Source: Macrostomum hystrix
Taxonomy: Eukaryota > Animalia > Platyhelminthes
DNA: 64,000 nt
Reading direction: 5' to 3'
Assembly: GCA_950097015.1 (NCBI GenBank)
Contig: CATNEN010000033.1
Coordinates: 2,232,001-2,296,000 of the forward strand
Notes under the pieces: model-generated
Databases searched by the model: none
What the model was told of the DNA's origin: nothing
What the model saw: only the letters and a program-made list of their open reading frames with translations
Shown here: positions 51,301 through 63,394 of the stretch, one piece after another
Numbering within the stretch: the stretch's first letter is position 1
Layout of the letters: each line of letters opens with the position of its first letter
Position numbers and translations under genes: made by a program

Positions 51301-54300
51301 AGGTGACACCCCAGTTAAACAGGTGACACCCCTGTTAAACAGGTGACACCCCTGTTAAACAGGTGACACCCCTGTTAAACAGTTGACACCCCGTCTAGCA
51401 GGTGACACCCCCAGTTAAACAGGTGACACCCCAGTTAAACAGGTGACACCCCAGTTAAACAGATGACACCCCTGTTAAACAGTTGACGCCCCTGTCTAGC
51501 AGGTGACACTTCTTGTCTACCAGGGTTGTTTACCAGCGGAAACCACTTGTCTAGCAGGTGACACCCCTTGTCTAGCAGGTGACACCCCTTGTCTAGCAGG
51601 TGACACCCCTTGTCTAGCAGGTGACACCCCTTGTCTAGCAGGTGACACCCCTTGTCTAGCAGGTGACACCCCTTGTCTAGCAGGTGACACCCCTTGTCTA
51701 GCAGGTGACACCCCTTGTCTAGCAGGTGACACCCCTTGTCTAGCAGGTGACACCCCTTGTCTAGCAGGTGACACCCCTTGTCTAGCAGGTGACACCCCTT
51801 GTCTAGCAGGTGACACCCCTTGTCTAGCAGGTGACACCCCTTGTCTAGCAGGTGACACCCCTTGTCTAGCAGGTGACACCCCTTGTCTAGCAGGTGACAC
51901 CCCTTGTCTAGCAGGTGACACCCCTTGTCTAGCAGGTGACACTCTGCACCCTAACAGATGAACTTGTTGCAAATAGCTAAAAGCTTGTGTTAGGAATTCT
52001 AAGAGGCGTGAATTTCGAAAATAAAAAACTGAATGGGAACCGCTCTCGCCCGCTGCAGGCGGCCAGTTCCGCGAGTTCACGGACGAAGAGAGCAACTTCG
52101 CCGCCCAGCTGCAGCGGGCCCTGGATCTGGAGGGCGGCGATCGAGAGACCCTGCATCAGCTGGTGGCCCTGCTGCTGCACTTCATGGCCAATTTGGACCT
52201 GGCCACTCAGAGCGATGACAGGCAGAACACCAAGACTCAGAGCCTGGTGCTGCGCCATCTCAACACCCTGCTGGGCTACAACCAGGCCGACAAAACGTTC
52301 AGCGTGCCGCCTTATAAGCTCAGGTGCGCTTGAATCTTACTGAATAAACTACTGTTAGTAGACAGTCAGGATTGTTACGAGATTTCTGTAATCTGAATGC
52401 AGATTTTTGCAACTTATTATAGCAGTTACGGATAGTGTCTTACAGTTTTGGACAGTGTCTAACAGGCTAGGACAGTGTCTAACAGGCTAGGACAGTGTCT
52501 AACAGGCTAGGACAGTGTCTAACAGGCTAGGACAGTGTCTAACAGGGTAGGACAGTGTCTAACAGGCTAGGACAGTGTCTAAGAGGCTAGGACAGTGTCT
52601 AACAGGCTGTCTAACAGCATATCTAGGCGAAAGGTAACTCACGATCCGCCTAGGAGTCTGACTGTTTTTCACGCCTTCATCGGCGGCATCTCGCCGGTGC
52701 TGGATCGCAACTTCGAGGTTGGCAACAATGTGCTTCACGTTGCCCTGGCTGTGCTGCAGTACGCGCCCTCGCCGCAGCGATACGCCAGCGACAATCAGCC
52801 GCCAGACTACAGCCTCTGCCTGCTGGAGCCCTACACCAGGAATCACTGGCTCAACGCGCTGCTCATCATCCTCTACAAGGTCAGCTTTTTTATCACATGC
52901 CTTGACTGTTTACTATTGTCTGTTTGTACTTTCTACTGTCCCTTTTTACTTGTTTTACTGCCTTTCTGCACTTTTCCTCAGTGTCGGGCACAGGTCCGAT
53001 ACTCCGATACTCCGATAGTATCTCCGAAACCATTTGAGTATCGGAATAACGGACTTCGATACTCTTTTTCTTTTTTTTTCTTCGGACCTTGGTATCGCGC
53101 GATACGTTTCCTAAGTCCGATAATCCGATACATTTAATCTAATAGTAATACATTATTGTTCCTTTTTTACTTTAAAGCCTAGAAAGGATGAAAGAAAGGA
53201 ACAAAATAATCACGTAAATTATTTAATGCATAAGCACTTCTAAATTTCGACACTAAAAGTGGGGAACGAACCTCGCGCTGGCAGACCGAGACCGGTCTCT
53301 GGCTTGTTTGCCTTCGTCCGTCAGCCATAGCCACACGCAGTCCTCTCCCACCACTCTCAGTGCACAGAAGTCTCTTTTAAGCTTGCCATTTTTATGGCGA
53401 TACTTTTTAGTGTTATGTGAGAGTTTTGCAGCCAAGTCTTTGCTTTTCTACTGTTGTCAGTAGTCTGAATTGTATCTCTCACAGACTCTTTGCACTTCTA
53501 TATTTGTATCCTTGCACTTTTCTGCCAGTCTCTCCAGTGTATATTCCCTAACAGTTTTGATGCCGCAGATTCCGCTGATACTCCGTCCGGCTCACACTTT
53601 CCAGTATCAGTACAACTCGCCGAACTTCGCCTCAATCATGGAGGTGCTGGTGAAGATCGCCATCAACACCATTGACGCGCAGGTGCATGTGTGCAAAGAG
53701 AACGCCGAGGAGGCTTTCGAGCCGCCGGCGTCGCATTCTCACCGGCCCAGGGGTGAGTTTGGCTTCCAAGTTAATAAATGATTTTCTTACATGTAAATTT
53801 CCGGTCATAAATAGATTCAATTTATGGCTTGATTAAGTTTATAACAGGTTTTTACAATCAGCATTTTGTTACCTATAATTTTATGCTCCAGCTGCATTGC
53901 ATGTTGATTAAACTAGCCTTCTATTTTGCTAAATCATATTTTTTGTAAGCTACTATAGCAATTAACAATGCCTCACTGGCAAGTCCCAGTGCTTCTAATG
54001 TAGATGCATTAACGGTACAGGCATACTATTAATGATTTTTTAGTTTTGCACAATTGAAATATATCTAGTTCAGTTGAACATTATTTAACACTTCAAACTC
54101 ATAACAGATTATAAGTAGTGGAAGTCGGACATTGTCTCTATTTTTCGCAAAAGTTTCACCGCATTTCTTTATTGGGTAAAATATAGTCTGTAGTATTTTT
54201 TCCCATCGGACTAGTTGCCTTGATTTTTCTTCTTCACAAGCTGTGCCACTGTCGTTTTCTGTCATCTGCTACCGCACACGATTGAATTGAAGTGCTGGCA

Positions 54301-57300
54301 CTTTTCTCCCCAAACAGCCAAGTACAGTATGAATAAAACTGCAGCAAATCAGATGCCCTCTTGCCCACTTTGTTTTAACAAACGCTTCGCTTTATTTTTC
54401 ATAGGCTCGGAGAAGCTGGATAAGCCGAAAGGTTGGTACACATGCACAGCTTGTGTGATGATGTCTGTGATGGCAGCAATTTGGCATCATTGAGTCATGG
54501 TTGAATTGACTTGAACACTCGAATGCCGCTTGCTAGTGACATGTGTTTGTTCTCTTACTAGTTAGTAGTTGCTATACAAGTGTAGAACTGTGGCTAACCT
54601 TCCGAATCCTTCAAAACAATTTCTTTCTTTTTTAGTTTTTTATCAGCTCTTAGGTCTCGTGTTTCAGCAGTTTATCCTTCCTTTTTGAGATTTTTAGGGT
54701 AAAATGGGGTTGTAGGTTGTATAAAACAGGAGGGGTTGTAGCCTAGTGGTTAGGGCGTCGGACTCACGACTTGAAGGTCGGGGGTTCGATTCCCGACTCC
54801 ACTGAAACAATTTGTGTCCTTTAGCAAGACACTTAACTCTGCAGTGCTTGAGTTCACCCAGCTGTTAAATGGGTACCAGCATTAGCTGGGATAATTGAAG
54901 GTGGGTGTGGCGTCCCCACAGTCCATGGACTGAACAGCTGTACGCAGTCTTCAGATGCGCCGCGCAATAGCTGCGGCTGTGCTGTCGGCTGCACATCTGG
55001 CCCGATTGGGACAGGTGTAATAAAAAAGGGTAAAAAGCTAGATATGTACATTAAGACCTATGAAACTAAACTGACGATGAGAAAGTCTTAGCAGATGTAC
55101 ACACCTGTACTATTATGTTCAATCACACACTGATTGAATCACTTGGCCGCGCCACGGCAACACATCAGAATCTTTGGGCTCGTACTGTAAAGCCTTCTTA
55201 AGATAAGTTTAATCTTAGTGGTACGCAAGCTCAATACTCGTAGTAAATGCACCTTGTCTTTAGCGCCGAAAAATAACTTCACTGTTCTCTCATTGGTTAG
55301 AGTGAAAACCAATTTTTATCGACTTGTGCATGGCTTGTCCATCGACTAATAAAGTTTGTACTTACAATCATCAACCAACACACGGTCACACGATTCTTGG
55401 CTCTCCAATGTACATTTGATGTACATTAGTATAAATTGCTGATAGGTCACGCCGCTTTCGCGTGATTTGTCATCAGCTATTGATGGAAATTTTCTACATG
55501 CATAGTTTGCTTTCTCATCGAGGCTTATTAAAGCCTTATGGGCCATTTGAAAGTATTTTTTTCACATGATATAATGCATATATCATCGTTATTGTTTACG
55601 GAAACTAACGATTATGTTTGGAGTGAGCTCATTATTCTTTATTGTCTATTTTTTATTAACTTGCTCTGCTAAAATGTAAAATTTTCTCTTCCTTTTAGTT
55701 TCAAAAAGTGGCGTTTTAGTGAATTTCCTAACTTCCTAATTAATTTTCAAGTGCTGCATTTTGATTTAATTCCAAGCATGGCAGATCTTGGTAGACAGCC
55801 ACAACTTTTGTTCATTGTGCTAGACTGAGTCGATGTTACTTAACTAAGCTCTGGGTTGATCGGTAATAATGGTAGGGCCGCACTGGTCCTATGATCAATG
55901 GGATCTCCCTTTGGGGTAGTTAGGATCAGCACTGCACCTGGCAGTGCCTGACCTAAAACCTGGCATTTTAAACAGGTTTTATCCATTTTTCGCTATAGTT
56001 TATCATTTTATAGCCTACTATTATTGGTCACATTATGTTTGCTACTGTTTAATTAATGAATTAGTAGTGTCGCACGCATTTTTATTTTTGTCTGAAAGCT
56101 GATAAGTTTAATTATCCGCCTTTAATTACTTGTTTAGTTTTGCTCAACTGCTAGAGTAACCGGCATTGAGATTGCATTTGATCTGTTAGCTACAAAAAAC
56201 TAAAAGGGCAACACAATTGCCAGTCTTGTTGGGATGAGAGTGACTCAACACACAGTCTTAGCTGGCACCCACCTGCTGCTGTACATGTGAAACCAATGCT
56301 TGTTTCTTGCCAAAACACTCGCAGTGTGTAAACGTGTTTAGACACGCACTCCCAGTAGAACTTTATCTGTATAAAACTGGCATTGTGCCAGATCTGTGTA
56401 CTGTATAAATTGCAAGGACACGAATTCCGTGACGAGGCTCACGCATGATTCATTCTTGAACTATTTTACAGCAAGAACATTGTTCGTTGGCATCGAGTCA
56501 GGTTTGTTGTCGTCGAGCAGTTGAAATTAGCTTTTTGCAATCGCTTTGTTTAGTAAGTTATTTCTGGTGTGATTTGGCCGCTTCATCAAGATTCGAGCAC
56601 CTAATTCGTATTTGCGTCAGATTTGCAAATGATCATTATAATTTTTAGTAGAAGCTATTATTTATTAGACCTTTTAAATTACAAATCAATTTAGTTTCTC
56701 TGAGTTGAGACATTTTAGGCTAAACAATTGATTAGATTGTCTGTCATCGGGAGTGTGGTCACAGAGTGGTCTAATGGAGTTTGTATCTCGCACCAAGGTC
56801 CCTGAGCTCGATTCCGCGGCGAGGCCACGTTCATTTGGGCGCAGCCGCGGAGAGAAGGCTTGGCGGTTTATCGTGCAGTGAGAGTGTACACTGCCTGACG
56901 ATGATAAATTGAGATCAGATTTATCCACACCTGTGTGAATGTGTGCCTGCGTTCAGTATCTGTGTGAGTGCGTGCTCAGGAGTCAGCGGAATGGGCAGAA
57001 TTGCTGCATGGATTGAAGGAAACATTTTTTAGCCTTAATTGTATTTAAAGGCAAGAAAAGTTTGGAAGTTCGGAGTTTATCATTATACTTGTAGAGCACT
57101 GCCAATAACTGATAACTGAATTGTGCTATGGGTTATTGTCCACACATATATATGCAGCTTAAATCGACTGCGAGCTGATTTAAATGATTTATTAAGCTAA
57201 AGTTAAGGCAGTTCGCTTCTAGTGTGGTGGGAAATTGTTATTTGCAGCCACCTATTGATATTCACCTGCCCTGCAGCCCGATCAGGTTGATAGCTTCATC

Positions 57301-60300
57301 AGCAATTGCATTAGCTAATGAATTCACTGCGACAATCCATTCACAGACGCCAGCACTGTCTCCATCGGCGACATTGACACCATCCAGGAAAACGACAGCC
57401 CGACTCTGTCGCCGCTGAACGAGGCCCCATCAATGGCCGCTGCGCCATTGCTGTCCTCGAGACCGGGCAGACCGCCTTTCTATAAGGTTTGAGTGGCTTA
57501 TTCCCCAATTCGATTCCCAAATCCCCAGTCTGATGTCCGCCGTTTCCACCCGAATCCCCGCCATTTCCATCCCTGAATCCCCGCCATTTCCATTCCCTAA
57601 TCCCCACCATTTCCATTCCCTAATCCCCATCATTTCCATCCCCGAATCCCCGCCATTTCTATTCCCTAATCCCCGCCATTTCCATTCCCGAATCCCCGTC
57701 ATTTCCATTCCATAATCCCCGCCATTTCCATTCCCGAATCCCCGTCATTTCCATTCCCTAATCCCCACCATTTCCATCCCCGAATCCCCGCCATTTCCAT
57801 TCCCTAATCCCCACCATTTGCATCCCCTAATCCCCGCCATTTCCATTCCCGAATCCCCGTCATTTCCATTCCCGAATCCCCGCCATTTCTATTCCCTAAT
57901 CCCCGCCATTTCCATTCCCTAATCCCCACCATTTCCATCCCCGAATCCCCGCCATTTCCATTCCCTAATCCCCACCATTTGCATCCCCTAATCCCCGCCA
58001 TTTCCATTCCCGAATCCCCGTCATTTCCATTCCCGAATCCCCGCCATTTCTATTCCCTAATCCCCGCCATTTCCATTCCATAATCCCCGCCATTTCCATT
58101 CCCGAATCGCCGCTATTTCCTCGCAAAATCCCCGGTCAAATACTCGCTATTTCACCCTGATTTCACTGACTGATGCCCTGCCACTTCCATCCCCATCCTC
58201 TGTCTGATCCCCGCTAAAAACGATCTTGTATACATAAGTTCTAGCTCGAAAAATTCTTCTCTAAGACTAAGCCAAAGTCTTTGTCATGCGAATTTTCAGC
58301 CTAGAACAAAGACAGACGCGGACGCGTCCGAGCTGAAGTTCGCCTCGCCCGTCACCCGGATGCGCAATCGGAACAACAAGAGCGGAGGCGGCAGTCGGCC
58401 GCTATTCGACATTCAGGGCTCCGGCGGCAGCGCCTCCGAGGACCTCGGCGGCGGCCTGCACAGTCCCGGCGACCAGATACTGGCCTCTGTTACTATTGGC
58501 GACGGGGACGCCAGGGTGAGTTCCACGGGTCATATTTGGCTTGGCTGCTTGAGCTTCCGGGTTGGCTGTAGCCTTGTCCACACTCTGAGTTCCGGCCGCC
58601 CCTTCAGGAGCAGCTGGAGATGTCAGTGTTCTCTAACCGGCCGTCCAGCCGCAGCGGCTCCATCTCCGAGACCGCCATCGGCGCGGAGCCCAGGCGACCA
58701 GGCGAGCCACTGATCTTCGTCAGCCACGGCGGTGGCGACCTTCTGGCTTGCAGCTTCGGTGGCGGCGGAGGAGGCGCCGGGTCAGTCGGAGTCGCGTCCT
58801 CCGCGAGTCGACTATCCGGCACTGCGGCTGCAGCTCAGTCGTCCACCAATGTGGAGCTGAAGATGCAGGAGGAGCTGCGCGCATTCGCCGAGAGCAACGG
58901 CGGTCATCATCAGCACCCGCTGTCCGAGGCCGGCAGCATTCCGCCGCCGCCGCCGCCCTCCAAGCCCGAGAAGACGATCAGCTTCAGCACCGACCTGCCC
59001 GCCAGCTCCTCAATAACCGCCGCTGCGTCCTCCGCCTCCACTGCTGGCATCGGCGGCGGCAGCGGCGGCGGCTCGCCTGGATCCAGCGACAACGGCGAGG
59101 CGGCCAGTCAGCAGAGTGACGAAGGTCCGCGCCGGCTCGACCCGCGGCAGGTCAGCCTGGAGGCTCTGGCAGCTGACCCGGACTCGGCGGAGGCTGCTGG
59201 CGCTGTCGGCGGCTCCTACGCCGACGCCAAGCCGCAGTTTCGACAGAAAAAGGCGCGCAAGACCGGCCTGAGCACCATCGAGATGCAGAAGCTCATCAGC
59301 CACCGCGAGGACACAGGCAGGAGGTGAGGCGACCTGGCGCCAGCTTTGAGACCGCTTGGCAATTTGTCCTTTACTGCTCAGCGCAGCTTTTCAATCTGTA
59401 AATTTAAATGAGCATTTTTTTCTCTTTAATCTGTCAGATTTACACTTTTCTGTCCTTTCAAGCCTTATCCTCAGGCTTTACCGCCCCTCATCCACCCCCT
59501 TCTGCCACTCCCACCTTCCGCTCCCTTCCGCCCACCTTCCGCCCATTTCCGCTCCCTGATAATCAGATTTTAGCGTCCTCCTTTCGCCACCCTTCCACCT
59601 CTTCCACCTCCATCTTCCGCCCCCTTCCACCCCACCATCCGCCCCTTTCCGCCCACCTTCCGCCCCTTTCCGCCCCACCTTACGCCCTCTTCCGCCCACC
59701 TTCCGCCCTCTTCCGCCCCACCTTCCGCCCATTTCCGCTCCCTGATAATCAGATTTTAGCGTCCTCCTTTCGCCACCCTTCCACCTCCTCCACCTCCATC
59801 TTCCACATCTTCCACCTCCATCTTCCGCCCCCTTCCGCCCCACCTTCCGCCCATTTCCGCTCCCTGATAATCAGATTTTAGCGTCCTCCTTTCGCCACCC
59901 TTCCACCTCTTCCACCTCCATCTTCCGCCCCCTTCCACCCCACCTTCCGCCCCTTTCCGCCCCACCTTTCGCCCTCTTCTGCCCACCTTCCGCCCTCTTC
60001 CGCCCCACGTTCCGCCCTCTTCCGCTCCCCGATCCTCAGGTTTTACAGCCTCTTATTCCAACCCTCAATCTTCATTTCTCGGCTGGCGATCCCGCAGTTT
60101 TCGTCTACGTTGGTTTTTACTTTAATTTAATTTAATAAATCTGACTGGTTTGCTGTTTGTGCTACTTAAAGTAATAGTTTTGGATCTCTATGAACCATTT
60201 TCACTTCGCAAGTTTTTCACTTGCAACATTTTTCTAACATTAAATTTTCTGCTATTTTTAAGTAGTTTTTATTTATCGCAATATATTTTGCGTTAAGCTT

Positions 60301-63300
60301 TTTATCAATAATCTGCAATCGATAATCCGACTCAACACTGCGGCCGCTGGCTTGAGCAGTTCCGAGTACGGCATCGCCGCGCTGCTCAACAGCCTGGAGA
60401 TCTTGTCTGTCTGCGAGGGCGTCTCCAGCCGGCAGCGTCACAGAAAGAGGTTCCGTGCCGATGGGAAACGCATTCTCAGTCCCTACGGCTCCATTTTGTC
60501 TCAACCTCTAGGCCCAGCCCAGTTCCCGCATTTCCAGTTGCCTCTAGCTGCTTCCGTGAGTCTCGGTCTAGCTCGCTCATTGTCGACATTCCTGGCTTGT
60601 CTAATGTCAGAACTTCCGATGACCCAGTGCGGATTCTCAATGACCCAATGAGGATTCACAATGACCCAATGAGGATTCTCAATGACCCAATGAGGATTCA
60701 CAATGACCCAATGAGAATTCTCAATGACCCAGTGAGGATTCTCAATGACCCAATGAGGATTCTCAATGACCCAATGAGGATTCTCAATGACCCAATGAGG
60801 ATTCTCAGTGACCCAATGAGGATTCTCAATGACCCAATGAGGATTCTCAATGAGCCAATAAGGACTCTCAATGAGCCAATAAGGACTCTCAATGAGCCAA
60901 TAAGGACTCTCAATGAGCCAATAAGGACTCTAAATGAGCCAATAAGGACTCTCAATGAGCCAATAAGGATTCTCAATGACCCAATGAGGATTCTCAATGA
61001 CCCAATGAGGATTCTCAATGACCCAATGAGGATTCTCAATGACCCAATGAGGATTCTCAGTGACCTGACCCAATGAGGATTCTCAATGACCCAATGAGGA
61101 TTCTCAATGAGCCAATAAGGACTCTCAATGAGCCAATGAGGACTCTCAATGACCCAATGAGGATTCTCAATGAGCCAATAAGGACTCTCAATGACCCAAT
61201 GAGGATTCTCAATGACCCAATGAGGATTCTCAATGAGCCAATAAGGACTCTCAATGAGCCAATAAGGACTCTCAATGAGCCAATGAGGATTCTCAATGAG
61301 CCAATGAGGATTCTCAATGAGCCAATGAGGATTCTCAATGAGCCAATGAGGATTCTCAATGAGCCAATGAGGATTCTCAATGAGCCAATGAGGATTCTCA
61401 ATGAGCCAATGAGGATTCTCAATGAGCCAATGAGGATTCTCAATGAGCCAATGAGGATTCTCAATGAGCCAACAAGGACTCTCAATGAGCCAATAAGGAC
61501 TCTCAATGAGCCAATAAGGACTCTCAATGAGCCAATAAGGACTCTCAATGAGCCAATAAGGACTCTCAATGAGCCAATAAGGACTCTCAATGAGCCAATA
61601 AGGACTCTCAATGAGCCAATAAGGACTCTCAATGAGCCAATAAGGACTCTCAATGAGCCAATGAGGATTCTCAATGACCCAATGAGGACTCTCAATGAGC
61701 CAACAAGGGCTCTCAATGAGCCAATGAGGATTCTCAATGACCCAATAAGGACTCTCAATGACCCAATGAGGATTCTCAATGACCCAATGAGGATTCTCAA
61801 TGAGCCAATAAGGACTCTCAATGACCCAATGAGGACTCTCAATGACCCAACGATGATTCTGAATGACCCTATAAAATGATCTCAGTGTGATTTCAATCCC
61901 AAGCAGTTGCTCATTATCAGTTTTCTGACTGACAGATCGCATGTTTCCCCAAATCGACTGATTTAGGCAAGTTCTCAAACCTATGACCTAGTGAGCATCC
62001 AGTTTAAGTAGCTGCTGCTTCTGCTGCTAAGCTTCACTCGCATGCCAGCCCTCATAGTTTCCGTTCTGACACTTTGTCGGACCTTAATGTTATTGTTACC
62101 AACATCTCAAACTTTTAGACGTGTTCTAAAACACTGCTGATTGAGTAGTATAGTACAGTTGTTATTCCACAACAAACCAATTTTCATTGATAGTGACATT
62201 GCATGCATGCCCTGTTCCCTTTTTAAATCTTTGGCGTTTGCAGGTAACTATTTGACGACCAGAGATAGCTATTTCTAATTATCAATTTTCGATATGATTC
62301 CATATTCTGCATAACAACCGTTGCTATCTGGAGCAACAGTCTACATTCTTGGTAACTCTAATCATTGCATTTTTGGGTAAGACGTCTTATGGCAACGGAA
62401 AAATAGCTAAATTTGCCTAGCAACCGTTGTCATGGGTGCTAACTCACTTATTATTGCAATTTTTTCTTTTTTTGTGGCAAATGTTTAAACAAAATAGATT
62501 TTTGTTAGCAATCGTTGCTATTTCTTCAGCCTTTGCTAAGGCTTAAGTTCTCAATAGCAACCGTTGCTACGTATTCAACCTTTGCTATGGATAAAAGACT
62601 CCATAGCAACCGTTGCTATTTTTTCAGCCTTTGCTAACGATAAAAGTCCCATAGCAACCGTTGCTGTGTATGCAAACTTTGCTACGGCTTAAACTCCCCA
62701 TAGCAACCGTTGCTCCAACAAACACTCCTGAGCATAGCAACACCGCCCATCCCCACTCCAGGCGTCCCAGACGGGCCGACACGCTGTCCAAAGCGTCTGG
62801 CGGCGCCAGCGGCGGCGGCGCCGGAGCTGCGGGAGCCGGCAAGAAGCCGTCCTTCAAGAAGGTCATCGAGCCGTTCATGCTGAACCGGTGCCAGTTCTGC
62901 AATGCCATCATTGAGCAGTACGATGAGGACACAATCTCGCTGGCCATCGTCTGCCTGGGCGCGTTCGTTCACAGGGAGCCGGTGATGGCTGCCCCGATGC
63001 TCATGAGCATGTTCTCAGCCGTGTCCAAGATTGTGCTGCATAATGCCTACTCGTGGAAGGCCGACCAGCCCAATGTGATCGCGCCCGGCAACATGAACAG
63101 CGTTGCTAAGCAGTTTCTGCGCTGCTCGTTCCACCAGCTGGCGCCCAATGGCCTGTTTGTGCAGCTGTTCCAGACCAAGATCGACTGTGAGTCACACGAT
63201 TGCTGGCGCCATCTCTTTCCTATCAGGTAGATCTAAATGAACTTTTTAAATATGGCACTCCGTTCCAGATGAAGGCTTCTTTAAGTGCATGGTGGCCGTG

Positions 63301-63384
63301 CTGGTAGATTTCCAGGAAATGAACTGCTTCCGCCCGCTGGAGATGCTGCTGGAGGCGCTGAACGAGAGGAAGAGCCTGCCCCAG
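25165..63384 (+). CDS. unc-79: UNC79, NALCN channel-complex subunit; continues beyond the window
   Basis: Exons: 25165-25186, 26645-26765, 26870-27204, 27934-28017, 28120-28522, 29145-29576, 29869-29953, 39264-39301, 39985-40088, 40190-40475, 40818-41825, 41931-42079, 42159-42324, 42419-42794, 43017-43214, 49662-49772, 52059-52323, 52654-52879, 53605-53752, 57347-57486, 58300-58515, 58608-59323, 60360-60449, 62762-63186, 63269-63384. Motifs match recalled human UNC79: MTTRAQNFAAKI, GSDIANTLKNFSQTLL, PAVMMLFHYWP, YARVGGYW, WLEAIRTEVP, RFDAVEKV, RFDALSLEAQL, WLNALLIILYKY, VAKQFLRCSFHQLAPNG. One base is missing in exon 5. Confidence 0.95.
27230..27892. repeat. unc-79 intron 3 minisatellite, 14-nt unit
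   Basis: ATCCCAGATCCTAC. Confidence 0.97.
28595..29075. repeat. unc-79 intron 5 minisatellite, 29-nt unit
   Basis: GGGAACTCAGAGGCAGCAGAGGAACCCAC. Confidence 0.97.
30380..30740. repeat. About 120-bp tandem duplication built of degenerate ATCAGAAC/ATCAGAG subunits
   Basis: About 30495-30612 is repeated at about 30613-30735. Confidence 0.85.
32745..33030. repeat. About 75-nt tandem repeat, about 3 copies
   Basis: AATCCCTGCAAAAACTCTTGCCCCAAAATGTGCATGCGTCCGTCCCGCTCTATTCTCTGCCCTTATGTACACCTC. Confidence 0.9.
33915..34435. repeat. Minisatellite, 28-nt unit, about 18 copies
   Basis: TCATCCGGGTCATTCATTACATCTGCAG. Confidence 0.97.
36412..36610. repeat. About 88-bp tandem duplication, about 2.3 copies
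   Basis: GTGTGCTTCTGTCTTGCAGCCAGTTTCACATCAGACATC occurs three times. Confidence 0.9.
37175..37415. repeat. Minisatellite, 27-nt unit, about 9 copies
   Basis: ATGATTGGCCAGGTAGTCTGGTAGTTC. Confidence 0.95.
38160..38532. repeat. Minisatellite, 32-nt unit, about 11 copies
   Basis: TGCAGTTCACACAGGTGTCACTCATTATACTC. Confidence 0.95.
39345..39950. repeat. unc-79 intron 8 minisatellite, 18-nt unit, degenerating towards the 3' end
   Basis: CTGTCACTCCACTGCCTT. Confidence 0.95.
40615..40810. repeat. (ATTCC)n pentanucleotide repeat abutting the exon 11 acceptor
   Basis: Pure ATTCC run at about 40745-40808, degenerate upstream. Confidence 0.95.
46224..46410. repeat. Minisatellite, 25-nt unit, about 7 copies
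   Basis: GTCCACTAAAAGTACTCGGCTAGCC. Confidence 0.95.
50547..50785. repeat. 77-bp tandem repeat, 3 copies
   Basis: TTAGGCGATGTGTCTCTTCTGTATG... recurs with GGCGAT at 50551, 50628 and 50705. Confidence 0.95.
51215..51945. repeat. Two-part minisatellite: about 20-nt variants, then a homogeneous 21-nt unit
   Basis: AACAGGTGACACCCCTGTTA grades into CTAGCAGGTGACACCCCTTGT. Confidence 0.97.
52430..52620. repeat. Minisatellite, 20-nt unit, about 8 copies
   Basis: GACAGTGTCTAACAGGCTAG. Confidence 0.95.
54729..55030 (+). mobile_element. tRNA-derived SINE with a CORE-like domain, in an unc-79 intron
   Basis: Pol III A box TAGCCTAGTGG (54739-54749) and B box GGTTCGATTCC (54783-54793), followed by TGTGTCCTTTAGCAAGACACTTAACTCT...CTGTTAAATGGG, which resembles the recalled MIR CORE (TGTGACCTTGGGCAAGTCACTTAACCTC...CTGTAAAATGGG). 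A-rich end near 55020. Confidence 0.8.
57540..58120. repeat. C-rich minisatellite, about 23-24-nt unit
   Basis: CCCCGCCATTTCCATTCCCKAAT variants. Confidence 0.93.
59480..60035. repeat. C/T-rich composite repeat with a higher-order block occurring three times
   Basis: CTTCCGCCC units; CCCTGATAATCAGATTTTAGCGTCCTCCTTTCGCC occurs three times. Confidence 0.9.
60615..61870. repeat. Minisatellite, 21-nt unit, about 59 copies
   Basis: AATGASCCAATRAGGAYTCTC. Confidence 0.97.
62500..62745. repeat. Diverged 49-bp tandem repeat with a conserved palindrome TAGCAAC-C-GTTGCT(A)
   Basis: Motif starts at 62506, 62555, 62604, 62652 and 62701. Confidence 0.85.
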
Positions 63385-63394
63385 GTGAGAAATC

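Noticed and set aside
52979-53135. CCGATAC-rich segment resembling a DNA-transposon terminus
   Set aside because: No matching inverted terminus or TSD found, so too weak to annotate.
54729-54805. Possible functional tRNA gene
   Set aside because: The anticodon stem pairs poorly, there is no T-run terminator directly after it, and a CORE-like body follows, so it is a SINE head.
60597-61978. Long repetitive ORFs on both strands (MRILNDP, WLIESPY, GSLRILI repeats)
   Set aside because: They are products of a 21-nt intronic minisatellite.
62500-62745. CRISPR-like repeat-spacer pattern
   Set aside because: The spacers are homologous to each other, there are no cas genes, and the context is a eukaryotic intron.
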